NCBI GenBank assembly: GCA_965216315.1
Contig: CBDCFN010000016.1
Span: 1,792,001-1,856,000 of the forward strand
Direction: 5' to 3'
Source: a bacterium
GTDB lineage: Bacteria > UBA10199 > 2-02-FULL-50-16 > JAJFLM01
Length of the DNA: 64,000 bases
Shown here piece after piece: positions 29,702 to 40,202 of the stretch. Every line of letters starts with the position of its first letter. Positions within the stretch are counted from its first letter, which is position 1. Under the pieces are notes generated by a model. It had not been told where the DNA came from. It saw only the letters and a program-made list of their open reading frames with translations, and made no database searches. A program made the translations under genes and the position numbers.

Positions 29702-30669
29702 GAAAAGAAAAGAAATACCGTATAGGCCATGGCCGATGCCAAGAGAATTACGCCTTCAAGCCGCCGCAGTTGACGACTCCGAATCAGTAAAGCCACCATC
29801 CCGACCGTCAAGCCTAACATGACGGGCCCATCCCTGTAGAGTAAAGCCGGCTCAAAAGAAAGTGGCTTGATAGATGCAACCGAACCGACAATTAATAAGA
29901 CATTAAATATATTACTGCCCACCACGTTGCCGACAGCAATATCCACCTCTTTCCGCAACGCAGCGACTATAGACGTCGCCAATTCCGGTAGCGAGGTTCC
30001 GAAGGCGACAGCCGTCAAGCCAATGACACGCTCCGAAATACCAAGGGTGCGCCCCACTGTAATGGCGTTACGAACGAGAAAATCGGCACCGACTACAAGC
30101 AAGAGAGATCCTAACACGATCAAACCAATATCGAGCCACAGTTGAGAACCTTTCTTTACTTTAAATCGCTCCGTTAGTTCTTCCAGGTCTTCTCTTACAT
30201 CTTTCGGAATGGCCTTAGTTCGACGGGCTTCTAGCAACTGAAAGCTTAAATACGCTACGAAGCACAAGAGCAGGATCAAGCCATCCACACGACTCACCTC
30301 ACCATCCCACATTAATAAGAGGAGGAGGCAAGAGACAGCGATACAGACGGGAATCTCGCGACGAATCAGCGATGATTGCACCGTCATCACTGTAATCAAC
30401 GCCGCGGCCCCTAAGACGAGACCGATATTATAAATGTTAGAGCCGATAACGTTGCCGATGGCGACACTACCGGACTCCTGCATGACCTGAGCCACCAGGC
30501 TCGAAACCAGTTCGGGCGCCGACGTCCCAAAAGATACCACTGTCAAACCGATGATGATGGGCCGCACACCGAGTTGCAAGGCCAAGCGTGAAGAGCCTTT
30601 GACGAGCCATTCGCCGCCGTAATACAGAAGAGCGATTCCAAAAATCATCAATAGGATTGGAACTAGCAT
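29698..30669 (-). CDS. Calcium/sodium antiporter (CaCA, YrbG family)
   Basis: Two alpha repeats GTSAPEL / GTSLPEL and GNVIGSNI / GNVVGSNI. Confidence 0.92.
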   Translation of the reverse strand: MLVPILLMIFGIALLYYGGEWLVKGSSRLALQLGVRPIIIGLTVVSFGTSAPELVSSLVAQVMQESGSVAIGNVIGSNIYNIGLVLGAAALITVMTVQSSLIRREIPVCIAVSCLLLLLMWDGEVSRVDGLILLLCFVAYLSFQLLEARRTKAIPKDVREDLEELTERFKVKKGSQLWLDIGLIVLGSLLLVVGADFLVRNAITVGRTLGISERVIGLTAVAFGTSLPELATSIVAALRKEVDIAVGNVVGSNIFNVLLIVGSVASIKPLSFEPALLYRDGPVMLGLTVGMVALLIRSRQLRRLEGVILLASAMAYTVFLFFS

Positions 30670-30670
30670 A

Positions 30671-32116
30671 TTATTTATATTCCTTTGGAACGTCGAAAAG
30701 CGTCCCCCGCCCCAAGATCCAATGAGGGTCCCATTCTCGTTTAATCGCTACCATCTTATCAATAACTTTTTGTGAATGCTGAATCCCTAGCAAATGGCGG
30801 TGAATTTTTCCGAGACCATGCTCTCCCGCCACTCCCCCACCCCACTTAACTGCCCTCTCACATTGCCTCTTAATGAGCTCGACTCCCTTTTTCATTTCTT
30901 CAGCTGTTTGAGCGATATAATTAACATGGGGATGGCCATTGCCAATATGGCCAAAGATGATCGGCTTTAGTCCCGCAGCATTCGATTCATTAATCGTCTC
31001 CCGCAGCGCCGGCCCAATGTATTCCAGAGGAACCCACCAATCACTCGCTACCTTACCGCCACCTTGTTCACGGTACGGTTCCAGCTGCTCATTAATCGTC
31101 GCCGGAATATAATGACGCCAGCGTCTAAGCTGATCCAGCTTTGCAGGCCCTTGCGCCAACCACATCGCATCGACCTGTCCCCCGGCCTTACGAAACAATT
31201 CATACCAGGACTCAAGCCCACGCGTTTCTTCCTGCTCATCAAGAAACTCTTGTTTCCAATAAATCGCAGCTTCGGCATCATCCGGTAGATCCGCTACCGC
31301 TTCGGCGCCGGAAAAAATTTCTAACGCTGCCTTGTCCATCAGCTCCATGGCTCTAGGCTTGACTCGATTAGAGGACATCGCATCTTTTACAAATTGAAGT
31401 GCAGTGCTTAGTGATGGGAAAAAACCAATCGCCGCCCAAAACTCAGCTGACTTCGGCAAGATATCAACCGTTGCCTCAGCAATATAACCTAGCGTTCCTT
31501 CTGAGCCGATAAAAAGGTCTATCAATGAACCTTCATAACAATATCCCGCCGTCCCCTTACGCAGCGAGGGACGATCCTTAGATGACCGTTTCAACATAAC
31601 GATTTCCCCGGTCGCCTTAATTACTTTAAGGGCGCGCACATAGCGACGCGTGGGCCCATAAAGCAAAGTATCCTCACCTGTCGCATTCGTCGCAATCGTT
31701 CCACCGAGTCGCGCCTCACGATAACTCGTCGGGTCAGGCGGATAAAAACAGCTTTCATTCTTAATCGTTTCTTTCAGCTCCCCCAAAAAAATTCCAGGCT
31801 CTGTTATCGCCCAGTCAGGACCGATATCCAGCACGCTCTGGAGCTTTTCCGTTGCAACCACGATACCGGCCTCTGCAGCACTGGCACCGGTTAAACCCGT
31901 TTGCCCGCCCATAAAAGTGACAGGAATATGGTGCCCATGACAATAGGCGAGAACTTCTGAAATTTCTTGGACATCACGCGCGCGAATGACAAGGTCTGGA
32001 TTGCCCCGCTTGACGACATCACCACAATAAGGAGTTATGCGATCATCACCTTTACAAAGGACTTCACCTTGAACAGGAACACCTTTTAGTGCCGCAGCAT
32101 AAGAAGATATGTTCAT
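30671..32116 (-). CDS. FAD-binding oxidoreductase (GlcD/D-lactate dehydrogenase family)
   Basis: GGQTGLTG, YPPDP, GSEGTLG, GHIGNGHPH, GEHGLG motifs. Confidence 0.88.
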   Translation of the reverse strand: MNISSYAAALKGVPVQGEVLCKGDDRITPYCGDVVKRGNPDLVIRARDVQEISEVLAYCHGHHIPVTFMGGQTGLTGASAAEAGIVVATEKLQSVLDIGPDWAITEPGIFLGELKETIKNESCFYPPDPTSYREARLGGTIATNATGEDTLLYGPTRRYVRALKVIKATGEIVMLKRSSKDRPSLRKGTAGYCYEGSLIDLFIGSEGTLGYIAEATVDILPKSAEFWAAIGFFPSLSTALQFVKDAMSSNRVKPRAMELMDKAALEIFSGAEAVADLPDDAEAAIYWKQEFLDEQEETRGLESWYELFRKAGGQVDAMWLAQGPAKLDQLRRWRHYIPATINEQLEPYREQGGGKVASDWWVPLEYIGPALRETINESNAAGLKPIIFGHIGNGHPHVNYIAQTAEEMKKGVELIKRQCERAVKWGGGVAGEHGLGKIHRHLLGIQHSQKVIDKMVAIKREWDPHWILGRGTLFDVPKEYK

Positions 32117-32119
32117 TGG

Positions 32120-32761
32120 CTAGAAAAACTCAGGTTCTGCGACAGGGTCTTTAAAACCTTGATCTGACACAGGAACATTGCCATTCGCGTCTACGACATC
32201 AATACGGTGGCCGGATTGCTCTTCCCAGCGCCGCAGGGCCTTTTCTAGCAGAGCATTATCCATAGACCATATTTCATTATGCTCCCCTTCAATCTTTTGC
32301 TGGCTAAAAAGATTATAGGAAATGGAAAAACTCTGAAACCCGGACTCATCAGGGCCACCCCAAACGATGAAACTCGTTGGTTCCTGAATTTTGAGACGCA
32401 CGGGATTGTCAGGATCGTGCGCGGTCCTTAAAAAACCAACCAGGGCTAAATTAATCCGAAGCGTCCAAAGTGGCTGCTTTAGTTTTTTCATCACCAACAT
32501 TAATTCATCGAGAAAGGTCTGTTGATCCATCCCCTTCTTTTCAATGTGTTGGGTGGCATTATAGGTAATGACTTCGAGGCTATCTGGCATGACCAAACCA
32601 AAGAAAGCCCGCAGAAAATAGAAGACCTGTTCAAAGAACCAGACGTTGGTTTCCTCGGACGACATATTGGTAAAATCAAGATTGGAGTGAAACCCCCAGG
32701 TTCCAATAAGCTGACCTTGATCCGTCGCCTCATCCAATAAATCATCTAAGCCCTTAATCAC
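32120..32761 (-). CDS. Hypothetical protein
   Basis: 213-aa ORF tightly linked to the oxidoreductase. Confidence 0.7.
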   Translation of the reverse strand: MIKGLDDLLDEATDQGQLIGTWGFHSNLDFTNMSSEETNVWFFEQVFYFLRAFFGLVMPDSLEVITYNATQHIEKKGMDQQTFLDELMLVMKKLKQPLWTLRINLALVGFLRTAHDPDNPVRLKIQEPTSFIVWGGPDESGFQSFSISYNLFSQQKIEGEHNEIWSMDNALLEKALRRWEEQSGHRIDVVDANGNVPVSDQGFKDPVAEPEFF

Positions 32762-32810
32762 ATTTCGATAATAGACTTGGATGAAAAAAGGTGCAAGACG
32801 GAAAGTTCAA

Positions 32811-33224
32811 TTATTCCGGTGCAATCATTCCGTCATCAACGAGCGCTTCGACGTGATTGTTTAGCAATTCGATCAGCTTCTCGTCATGCCGCCATTGTGC
32901 CTCTTGCATGTCACCTGAATGCTTCATCGTGGCGATTTCTAGCTTGGTATCGAGCTTGCCTTGTTCCATCTGCTGCATACGCATTCCCATCAGGTTCATC
33001 ATATTTGTCTGCATTCTGGTCTGTTCGATTTGTCCCGCAGTGAACATCGCCATGTTGGCCTTACTCGCCTCGACCGAGGCATCGATCGCTGGATTGTAAT
33101 CAACCGGGTCGGGAGCGGCCGATGGCTCGTCTCCCCATACCTCATCCACTCCCCATCCTATCAAGGCCCCCGCGCTTCCGCCCAAGATCCCGCCAAGCAT
33201 CTTACCTAAAAAATCCATACGCAC
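32811..33224 (-). CDS. Hypothetical protein, N-terminal glycine zipper plus helical region
   Basis: GKMLGGILGGSAGALIGWG; gaggagg RBS; shared promoter motif. Confidence 0.7.
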   Translation of the reverse strand: MRMDFLGKMLGGILGGSAGALIGWGVDEVWGDEPSAAPDPVDYNPAIDASVEASKANMAMFTAGQIEQTRMQTNMMNLMGMRMQQMEQGKLDTKLEIATMKHSGDMQEAQWRHDEKLIELLNNHVEALVDDGMIAPE

Positions 33225-33328
33225 CTCCTCATGCTACTATTATTATCGAGGGGGAGGCTTGGAGCGTTCCGAGTCGGACCTCAATCAGGCTGCTAATCGT
33301 ATTCCACAGAATACGGGCGGAATACGCC

Positions 33329-34009
33329 CTATTTTGACTTTTGGATGATCACCGGGATGATCACCGGGGGGATATCCGGGCTAATCTGGTCTCTAGCAGC
33401 TCCAGGAACCACCTCGGGACTTGTTTGCTCTTGAGGTGCTTCGATCACGCCTGGTGAGTGCTCTATCCCTGGATGGGATTGAAAGAGCTGATGGCATGAG
33501 AGCGGAAGATAGGCCAAGAAACCCTCTCCTGCCACGTCGTCACAATTTTGCCCCTCTATCGCGAAGAGACAGTCTGACAACTGAAACATATCGTAGGTGA
33601 GATCACCCGTGCCCATATGGGCCCGGACATATTCTAAATCGTGATCCGTAACACCGAGCGCTCCCAGAAATTCACTCTGCAGGGGCTCTTTATTAAGCGC
33701 ATCGCGACAATCCTCGCGGCTTATCTCTGGTTGACAGCGAGCTGCCGTCTCACAGACCTTATCGATGACATCATCGATCCCTGACTGACGCGTCGGAGGC
33801 TGCTCCGTCTCACCGTCCATTGTAGTTGGTGGTGGCTCTTCAAACTGTGGATTTCCGGTCTCAGTACCCAGCTCAAGCTCTTCACTGGGGGAAAGGATGT
33901 CGGGGGCAGATCCCGCCCCCAGGCTTTGATGGGCCTGGTTACAGCCCCAGAGGGCGGAAACCAGGCCCAATAAAATGATCAGAACGGCTCTTGCCTTACA
34001 CATACGCAC
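33329..34009 (-). CDS. Cys-rich lipoprotein
   Basis: Lipobox LWGC; six further Cys; shared promoter motif. Confidence 0.7.
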   Translation of the reverse strand: MRMCKARAVLIILLGLVSALWGCNQAHQSLGAGSAPDILSPSEELELGTETGNPQFEEPPPTTMDGETEQPPTRQSGIDDVIDKVCETAARCQPEISREDCRDALNKEPLQSEFLGALGVTDHDLEYVRAHMGTGDLTYDMFQLSDCLFAIEGQNCDDVAGEGFLAYLPLSCHQLFQSHPGIEHSPGVIEAPQEQTSPEVVPGAARDQISPDIPPVIIPVIIQKSK

Positions 34010-34061
34010 CAGAATAACATTATCGGCACGCTTCTTCCATTGAGTTGCCTATTCTCTGTCT

Positions 34062-34895
34062 TTATTCACGACCGCAATCGCCGGTATCATATTCGTCGCG
34101 ATCGACGCGAACTTCTTGGCCGCCATTGATCAGCTCCAAGGTTACGTTTTGGCTGTCGCCCGGGGCATGGGGAAAATACGCACAAAGGGTGTCACCACTC
34201 TGGCGGTAAATGCCATAATAGTCACGATTCGTGTTGTCGCGAATCTGAGTGCTCCAAAAAGCAAACCCAAACTGCGGTTGACCGAAATTAGGACTATTAA
34301 CCTGATCATTGACAGGGGCAAAGTCAAAGATGGGGTCCTCCCAATAATCACCATTGGGAATCACGTTGATGGTCGGACAATCGTAACGGGCAATCTCCGC
34401 ATCAAGGTCATATTGATGGTCGACGGCACCGCAGCTGACGAGTTCATTGCCATTATCATCTTCAAAAACAAAACGCGCTAACATTCCAAGCTGAACCTCG
34501 GCTTCAACGCTCGTTCGATCAAAGCTAATATTCGGAAGCACTAAGTGTATCTGATCATCCACTAATTCATAGGTTCCGACATCAGTGTTATTGACCTCAA
34601 CACCACCATTGCCGTTAAAATAAATTTCGCTGATGCCACCGGCCGCATCAATGCAACGATAGGTCACGTTATCCGAATCAGCTAACGTCCCCTCAAAATC
34701 ACCGCAAAGGGCGGATGGCTCATTGGCGGGTGGAACGTCGCCGCCATTATTGGCAGCATTATTTGCAGTATTGTTGTTGTTCCCAGCATTCGTATTGTTG
34801 TTTGAGCCGGTTTCGCCATTACAGGCAACCACACTCACGGTAAGTAAGATCATGGCTAAGTGGCCGAAGAAATTGATTGATTTGGTTTGTTTCAT
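34062..34895 (-). CDS. Lipoprotein with Asn-rich linker
   Basis: Lipobox VVAC; NNNTNAGNNNNTANNAANN; gaggt RBS before ATG 34895. Confidence 0.75.
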   Translation of the reverse strand: MKQTKSINFFGHLAMILLTVSVVACNGETGSNNNTNAGNNNNTANNAANNGGDVPPANEPSALCGDFEGTLADSDNVTYRCIDAAGGISEIYFNGNGGVEVNNTDVGTYELVDDQIHLVLPNISFDRTSVEAEVQLGMLARFVFEDDNGNELVSCGAVDHQYDLDAEIARYDCPTINVIPNGDYWEDPIFDFAPVNDQVNSPNFGQPQFGFAFWSTQIRDNTNRDYYGIYRQSGDTLCAYFPHAPGDSQNVTLELINGGQEVRVDRDEYDTGDCGRE

Positions 34896-34962
34896 CTCAC
34901 ACCTCACAGTATTAAGGACAATTTTTAAATAGTGGATAGCTACGCTCTCAATGGTTGTTGTT

Positions 34963-34978
34963 TACAAGATTCATGCCA
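34963..34978 (-). promoter_or_regulatory. sigma54-like promoter candidate
   Basis: TGGCATGAATCTTGTA (-12 box is GT rather than GC), AT-rich upstream. Confidence 0.35.
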
Positions 34979-35112
34979 CGCTTAGAAAAAACCCCTAACT
35001 AGCTGATATAGCTAAGAAATAGTACTTTCAGGACTGGAGGTATGAAAGGTAATTACATGAATACAATGCAATAAATATATACTGCATCGCATTCTGATAA
35101 TCTGATTAATAT

Positions 35113-36603
35113 TTAGTATAAGAAGGAACGCACCGAATCACGGATCAAGAGCAGTATCTTGGACGGAAACAGGCCCCAATAGGCTGTCAGCAGCAAACAA
35201 ACAAATATCCCTGTTAAGAGGGAATAACCGCTTTGAAGCATCCTCTTTTCCGAAGCGGGTTTAAAAAAGAGAATTTGGATGATGCTAAGCGCTCCAAATA
35301 AGGAAAGCGCCCAGCCAATCAGGGCCAGTGAACCATAAATGATCAGGCCACCATCAAAGACGACCCGCAAAATAGAAAAAACACCAATAAAACCAGCTGT
35401 CATCGGAACCCCGGCGAGACCCAAGACAAATAAAGCCATCGAACAGGCGAGCCAAGGATGAATCCGCGCAAGCCCACTAAACTCCGTCAGCTCCAACGGC
35501 TCATCACCACGCCGGGCCGCAGCCATGATGACGGCAACCAAACCCATTATAAGTATCATATAAACGAGCACGTAATAGGAAAAAGCCACAAAGGCCTCTT
35601 CTTGGAGGCGTCCACTGCGACCCGCAACGGCGAGCGCCAGCAAAAGAAAACCAACATGCCCAATCGCCGCATAAGCCATCCTCCGCTTAAAGTGACTTTG
35701 CTGCAGTGCCTGCAATGGCCCGATAATGACCGCAGCACTGCCGGCAATACCCAATAAATGAGTCCATCCTAGGATAGTAGGACTCCATCCGGCGATAACA
35801 AGGCGCGACAAAACAGTAACGCCCACTAACTTACTGATGACGGCCATAAACCCGACAGAGACCGTATCTCCACCTTCATAGACATCCGGTTCGCTAAAAT
35901 AAAACGGAACCCACCCCATCTTAATGGCCACACCACCAAGAAACAGCAGTCGTCCCAGCTCCTGAATGTCATCCAATGACTGCGTTCGACCGACAGCAAA
36001 AACTTCAGCCAATTCCGTTTTGCCCAACGCTCCATAAATAAAAACAAGACCGACAAAGAGACAAAGAGACCCCAACCCCGTCGTCAAATAATATTTCGTC
36101 ATCACTTCATGACGATGGCGGGCAAATACTCCATTACCTAACCAGACAACCAAGGGCAAAATCGTTAATTCATAACCTATATAGATCCCAAGCAAATCAT
36201 GGCTATGAATCACCGCAACAGCACCCAACGCACTTAAAAGCGGTAATGAAAAAATTTCGTTTGCCTGGGATCGATCTCTACCATGAGTTTGGCAAAGCAC
36301 TAAAAGAAGCATGACTATCACGATAAGGCTGAAAAAGAGGGAGAAACGATCAATACTGAATATTCCCCATACTGAAGATCCGCCCCGCAGCCACTGCCAC
36401 GCCGTAAAAAACAATACCAATACCGATGCACTCAGGCTGAGATAAAAGCGAAACCGTGCACCCTTGCGGCTGGAAAATGACTCCCACATCGAAAGAAAAA
36501 CTGACGTCACCAGCCACGCACCACAACTTAACCACACGAAGGGAATCGAGATGCTGCGCATGGCCTGCCAATACGGCTCAATTATTTCGAGCGGCAAAAT
36601 CAT
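35113..36603 (-). CDS. nuoN: Divergent NuoN-like antiporter subunit (second copy)
   Basis: KMGWVPF...PDVYEG, KRRMAY motifs; last of the second JKLMN set. Confidence 0.8.
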   Translation of the reverse strand: MILPLEIIEPYWQAMRSISIPFVWLSCGAWLVTSVFLSMWESFSSRKGARFRFYLSLSASVLVLFFTAWQWLRGGSSVWGIFSIDRFSLFFSLIVIVMLLLVLCQTHGRDRSQANEIFSLPLLSALGAVAVIHSHDLLGIYIGYELTILPLVVWLGNGVFARHRHEVMTKYYLTTGLGSLCLFVGLVFIYGALGKTELAEVFAVGRTQSLDDIQELGRLLFLGGVAIKMGWVPFYFSEPDVYEGGDTVSVGFMAVISKLVGVTVLSRLVIAGWSPTILGWTHLLGIAGSAAVIIGPLQALQQSHFKRRMAYAAIGHVGFLLLALAVAGRSGRLQEEAFVAFSYYVLVYMILIMGLVAVIMAAARRGDEPLELTEFSGLARIHPWLACSMALFVLGLAGVPMTAGFIGVFSILRVVFDGGLIIYGSLALIGWALSLFGALSIIQILFFKPASEKRMLQSGYSLLTGIFVCLLLTAYWGLFPSKILLLIRDSVRSFLY

Positions 36604-38050
36604 ACCCTCCTTCAACCAGAATCTCAGGCTTTACTTTTGAGAGCCACAAAGTCGCTGCACGGCGCGTCTTATCCAAGAGAAGATGAGGTTGCAGTCCTGT
36701 CACAACCATCATCATCACAATGATAAGGGCTGCCGCCCAGTAGCGTAAAGAACGCCGCCAATACAGGGTTTGAGTACGCAAATCCTGACAACAAATCGCA
36801 ACAGCGCAAGCAACTATAATAAATCCAATTATGGTGATAATTGCCGCACTAAGATGCCAGGCGACAGCAGCCGACAAGAGCAAAATAATTCCCACAAAGA
36901 GGCCTGTTCCTGGCAAACCAAGAGCACTGGCCATGGCTATTGAAAGAAATGCTTTTCCTAGCGGCTGCACCTCTTTCAGTGGATCAGATGACTCGGTAGG
37001 AACTTGTTGCACATACATTACTAACGAAAAAATTATGACGATCAAGCTATGGCCGGTCAGAATCATGAACACACTCTGCGCAGCATCGACCGTCAAGAGG
37101 GAAACGCCCATCCAAAGCAGCCCCACATGCGCCACACTCAACCATACCAGACGCGCTGGCAATTTACTGGGAGCCAGACATAAGGCCGCTCCCCCTATTA
37201 CGGAGATTAATCCAATAATACTAAACAGAGGAGCATAAGTTTCCACAGCGACTGGGAATAACGGATAGGCAAAGCGGAACACAAAATAAAGACTTGCCTT
37301 GATTACCAGTGCCAACATGAGCAGGTAGGTGGCAGGCGTTGCTCCATGAAGCACGCGCCCAATCCACATCTGAAGTGGCATGGCGCCGGACTTAAGTAAA
37401 AGGCCTAATAAGAGTATCACCCCATATTTTTTTTGAACGTCCGGCGTCGCAACCCTTTCGATGAGGCTTGCCAAATCAGTAACATCACCTGCGGCGCGCG
37501 CTACGACAAATAAACCTAGCCACAGCGCCAAGCTTCCCACCAGGTTAATGGCCAAAAACCAAGCAGCACCTTCCGATTGCCGGCTTTCTCGACGAATAAA
37601 TATAAAGGTTAGTAATGTGGCGATCTCATAGGCTATTAAACAAAGCAACATATCAAGCGCCATAAAATAGAGGGCCCACACCGAGGCCATCAATAAACAC
37701 AGCGCCCCCGTAACACGGCTATCACCCTCTTTTCTCGACAAAAATGGGAGAAAAGGTGTTACGAGAAAGACCAGACCGACAAATAAAATGGAAATACCAT
37801 CCAGCCCGACCCAATAATGTATTCCTAACTCAGGTATCCACGCGGCAAACTCTGAAAATTCAAAGCCTATCGCACCGCGAAATTCCCGAAACAATCCGAG
37901 CCACCCGACAAATACCAGTAAAGATACAAGGAGACCCCAATTCCTAATCCAGGCCTTGCGGTGCTGAGCAAACAAGAAAAAACTACCGGCACCTAAGGCG
38001 GGAACAATGAGCAGGATACTTGAAATATGTCCTAACAAAATATCTTTCAT
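36578..38050 (-). CDS. nuoM: Divergent NuoM-like subunit (second copy)
   Basis: WIPELGIHYWVGLDGIS, LGLPGTGLF; ATG 38050 overlaps the nuoL2 stop. Confidence 0.78.
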   Translation of the reverse strand: MKDILLGHISSILLIVPALGAGSFFLFAQHRKAWIRNWGLLVSLLVFVGWLGLFREFRGAIGFEFSEFAAWIPELGIHYWVGLDGISILFVGLVFLVTPFLPFLSRKEGDSRVTGALCLLMASVWALYFMALDMLLCLIAYEIATLLTFIFIRRESRQSEGAAWFLAINLVGSLALWLGLFVVARAAGDVTDLASLIERVATPDVQKKYGVILLLGLLLKSGAMPLQMWIGRVLHGATPATYLLMLALVIKASLYFVFRFAYPLFPVAVETYAPLFSIIGLISVIGGAALCLAPSKLPARLVWLSVAHVGLLWMGVSLLTVDAAQSVFMILTGHSLIVIIFSLVMYVQQVPTESSDPLKEVQPLGKAFLSIAMASALGLPGTGLFVGIILLLSAAVAWHLSAAIITIIGFIIVACAVAICCQDLRTQTLYWRRSLRYWAAALIIVMMMVVTGLQPHLLLDKTRRAATLWLSKVKPEILVEGGYDFAARNN

Positions 38051-39888
38051 ATAATAATCCAAGCCATAATCATCGCTAGACCAAGAACCATCCAGAAAAG
38101 CGCATGTTGCACGAGGCCGGTCTGCAACTGAAGTAACGCACGTCCACTTAATCGCAGCCCCGATGCAATTCCTTCCGTCAAGAGTCCCCACTGAACCTTC
38201 TCGATGATAAATTTCTCTAGTACCTCTCGAGAAACAAACTGAATCGGCCGGACAATACAACATTCAACCAGCCCTTCCGCTATTAAACCATCGGTAGACC
38301 ATTGCCTCAGTTTCTTAAAGCGGGTTTTTGGATGATCATCCTGTTTGCGCGATATGATAAAAGTGGCTCCTGCCGCAACCATTAGACTCAATAAGGTTGC
38401 AAGCCCTAATACCAAATGAGCGGTAAATCCATAAACCTCTGATCGGATTGGCAAATGATCTTCAAAAACGGGAAACCAGAAACGATGGAGACTGCCAGGA
38501 CCATAAAAAACCTCCGGTATTGCAGGCCATGTCGCGAGAGCAAGTGGCAGACTGAAACCAACTAAAATTATCAGCCAGCGTAAGCGGCCTAACTTGTCAG
38601 AGCCTGACTCAACAGCACCAGCGGATCTCCAGAAAATCTGCACTACAAGACGACTCGCCGCAATTGCCGTCATAAGGCTCGCGCCTGTTAACAGCACCCA
38701 TGTGAAATAGCGCTGTTGGTTAAAAGCGTGCCAAATAATTTCATAACGCGTAAAAAATCCTGGGAAAGGAGCCAGGCCTATTAATGAAACCACCGCAATA
38801 ATCGCTAGTATGCGGACATGGCGAGACAAAGCCACGCACAACAAAGCGATTGCCCCAATAGAAACAGTCCAATGCGATAGCCCTTCAGGCACACCGCCGG
38901 TTCCAAAGGCCGCAATAGCAATGGCGACTTGACTCCAAGCCAACAATGACACGGTCCGATGCGAACCTGTTTGAAAGCACGCAAACAAAGCCGCCATAAA
39001 GGCGCTCACGGCTCCAACAATTTCAAGACCCAGCAAAGCCCAAGAATTCATGAGGGTAAGCGAATGAATGCGAGCCACATAATAGAGCCCAAGCAAGCCA
39101 AATCCAGCGCACAAAACCCAGGTCAGCACGGTCAATGAAGTCGTATCCAGGCGTCTCAACCAAAATGCAAACGGCCAGGCAAGCGTGATCAATAAAGGCG
39201 GAATCAACAGATACCAGAGCAACGACCGGCTAATAGCTCCGGCCTGATCAGCGAGCGATGCAAAACTAAGCACAATTTTTGCGTCTGCTGACGCCTCAAT
39301 TGATAACAAAGGAAGGAGCCCAACCATGGCAATAATCAAGGCGCCACTACACAGCTGTGTCAGCCATAACAACTTGTTATCACGGAAATGCCAACACAGT
39401 AAGAATGCGATTCCTTCCCACCCGAATATAAATATCGGCAGGCTTTCCGCCCACAATGCCGTGAGAAGAAAGAAGAGTCCCGCATTAAGCAGCGATGTAT
39501 CACGTGCCATTCGTTCCGGCTTATCAAGAAGCCAGAGATTCATAAAAATTGTCAGAAATGCGGCTATGACACTAAAAATAAGCGTCATTGGATCAATCCA
39601 GAAAGTGAGATCAAATTCGCCTAGCTCAGTATGAAACCAATCCGTATACGGCCCAATGACCAGGCCATCAGGGGCTCCGTCCGTCATGAATACAATGAGA
39701 CCAATCAGGAGAATAGAGATCAAAGGCGCCCCTATAGCCGAGCTAACGACAACAGGGATCGCACGTCCTTTGGCAGTGCCATCCGAAGCAAGCGCAATAA
39801 CCGCATTGATAGCAGCGCTTATAAGAGGTGCTAGCAAAACGATCAAGGTGAGATCGTTAATGGAGAAGCCAAAAAGAAGTGTCGACAT
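38047..39888 (-). CDS. nuoL: Divergent NuoL-like subunit (second copy)
   Basis: IDPMT, FGWEG, C-terminal LQTGLVQH. Confidence 0.75.
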   Translation of the reverse strand: MSTLLFGFSINDLTLIVLLAPLISAAINAVIALASDGTAKGRAIPVVVSSAIGAPLISILLIGLIVFMTDGAPDGLVIGPYTDWFHTELGEFDLTFWIDPMTLIFSVIAAFLTIFMNLWLLDKPERMARDTSLLNAGLFFLLTALWAESLPIFIFGWEGIAFLLCWHFRDNKLLWLTQLCSGALIIAMVGLLPLLSIEASADAKIVLSFASLADQAGAISRSLLWYLLIPPLLITLAWPFAFWLRRLDTTSLTVLTWVLCAGFGLLGLYYVARIHSLTLMNSWALLGLEIVGAVSAFMAALFACFQTGSHRTVSLLAWSQVAIAIAAFGTGGVPEGLSHWTVSIGAIALLCVALSRHVRILAIIAVVSLIGLAPFPGFFTRYEIIWHAFNQQRYFTWVLLTGASLMTAIAASRLVVQIFWRSAGAVESGSDKLGRLRWLIILVGFSLPLALATWPAIPEVFYGPGSLHRFWFPVFEDHLPIRSEVYGFTAHLVLGLATLLSLMVAAGATFIISRKQDDHPKTRFKKLRQWSTDGLIAEGLVECCIVRPIQFVSREVLEKFIIEKVQWGLLTEGIASGLRLSGRALLQLQTGLVQHALFWMVLGLAMIMAWIII

Positions 39889-39896
39889 AGAGTATT

Positions 39897-40202
39897 TTAG
39901 TTCTTCAAAAAGTTCTGTTTGCTTACATCCACAGAACTTTGGTCCTTAGCAATACGAACAACAAGGCCCAAACCGATAAGGAACTGAGCCGTCATCGCAA
40001 CAAGCAAAACGATCAATCCGAGAGACCCAAGAGCATCTCCATGAAAGCGCCAACCAGCCACCCACCCTAAAGCCGTTCCCTGAAACATTAATAGTATCGC
40101 AAATACGAGGGTTAACAGGTTGCGACGTCCCAGCAGAACCATGAGACCAATACCAAAAAGTATCCAACTCAAAAGAAGACAAGCACCAAAACTCAGGCTC
40201 AT
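39897..40202 (-). CDS. nuoK: Divergent NuoK-like subunit (second copy)
   Basis: LFGIGL..RRNL, 3 TM, position in cluster. Confidence 0.75.
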   Translation of the reverse strand: MSLSFGACLLLSWILFGIGLMVLLGRRNLLTLVFAILLMFQGTALGWVAGWRFHGDALGSLGLIVLLVAMTAQFLIGLGLVVRIAKDQSSVDVSKQNFLKN

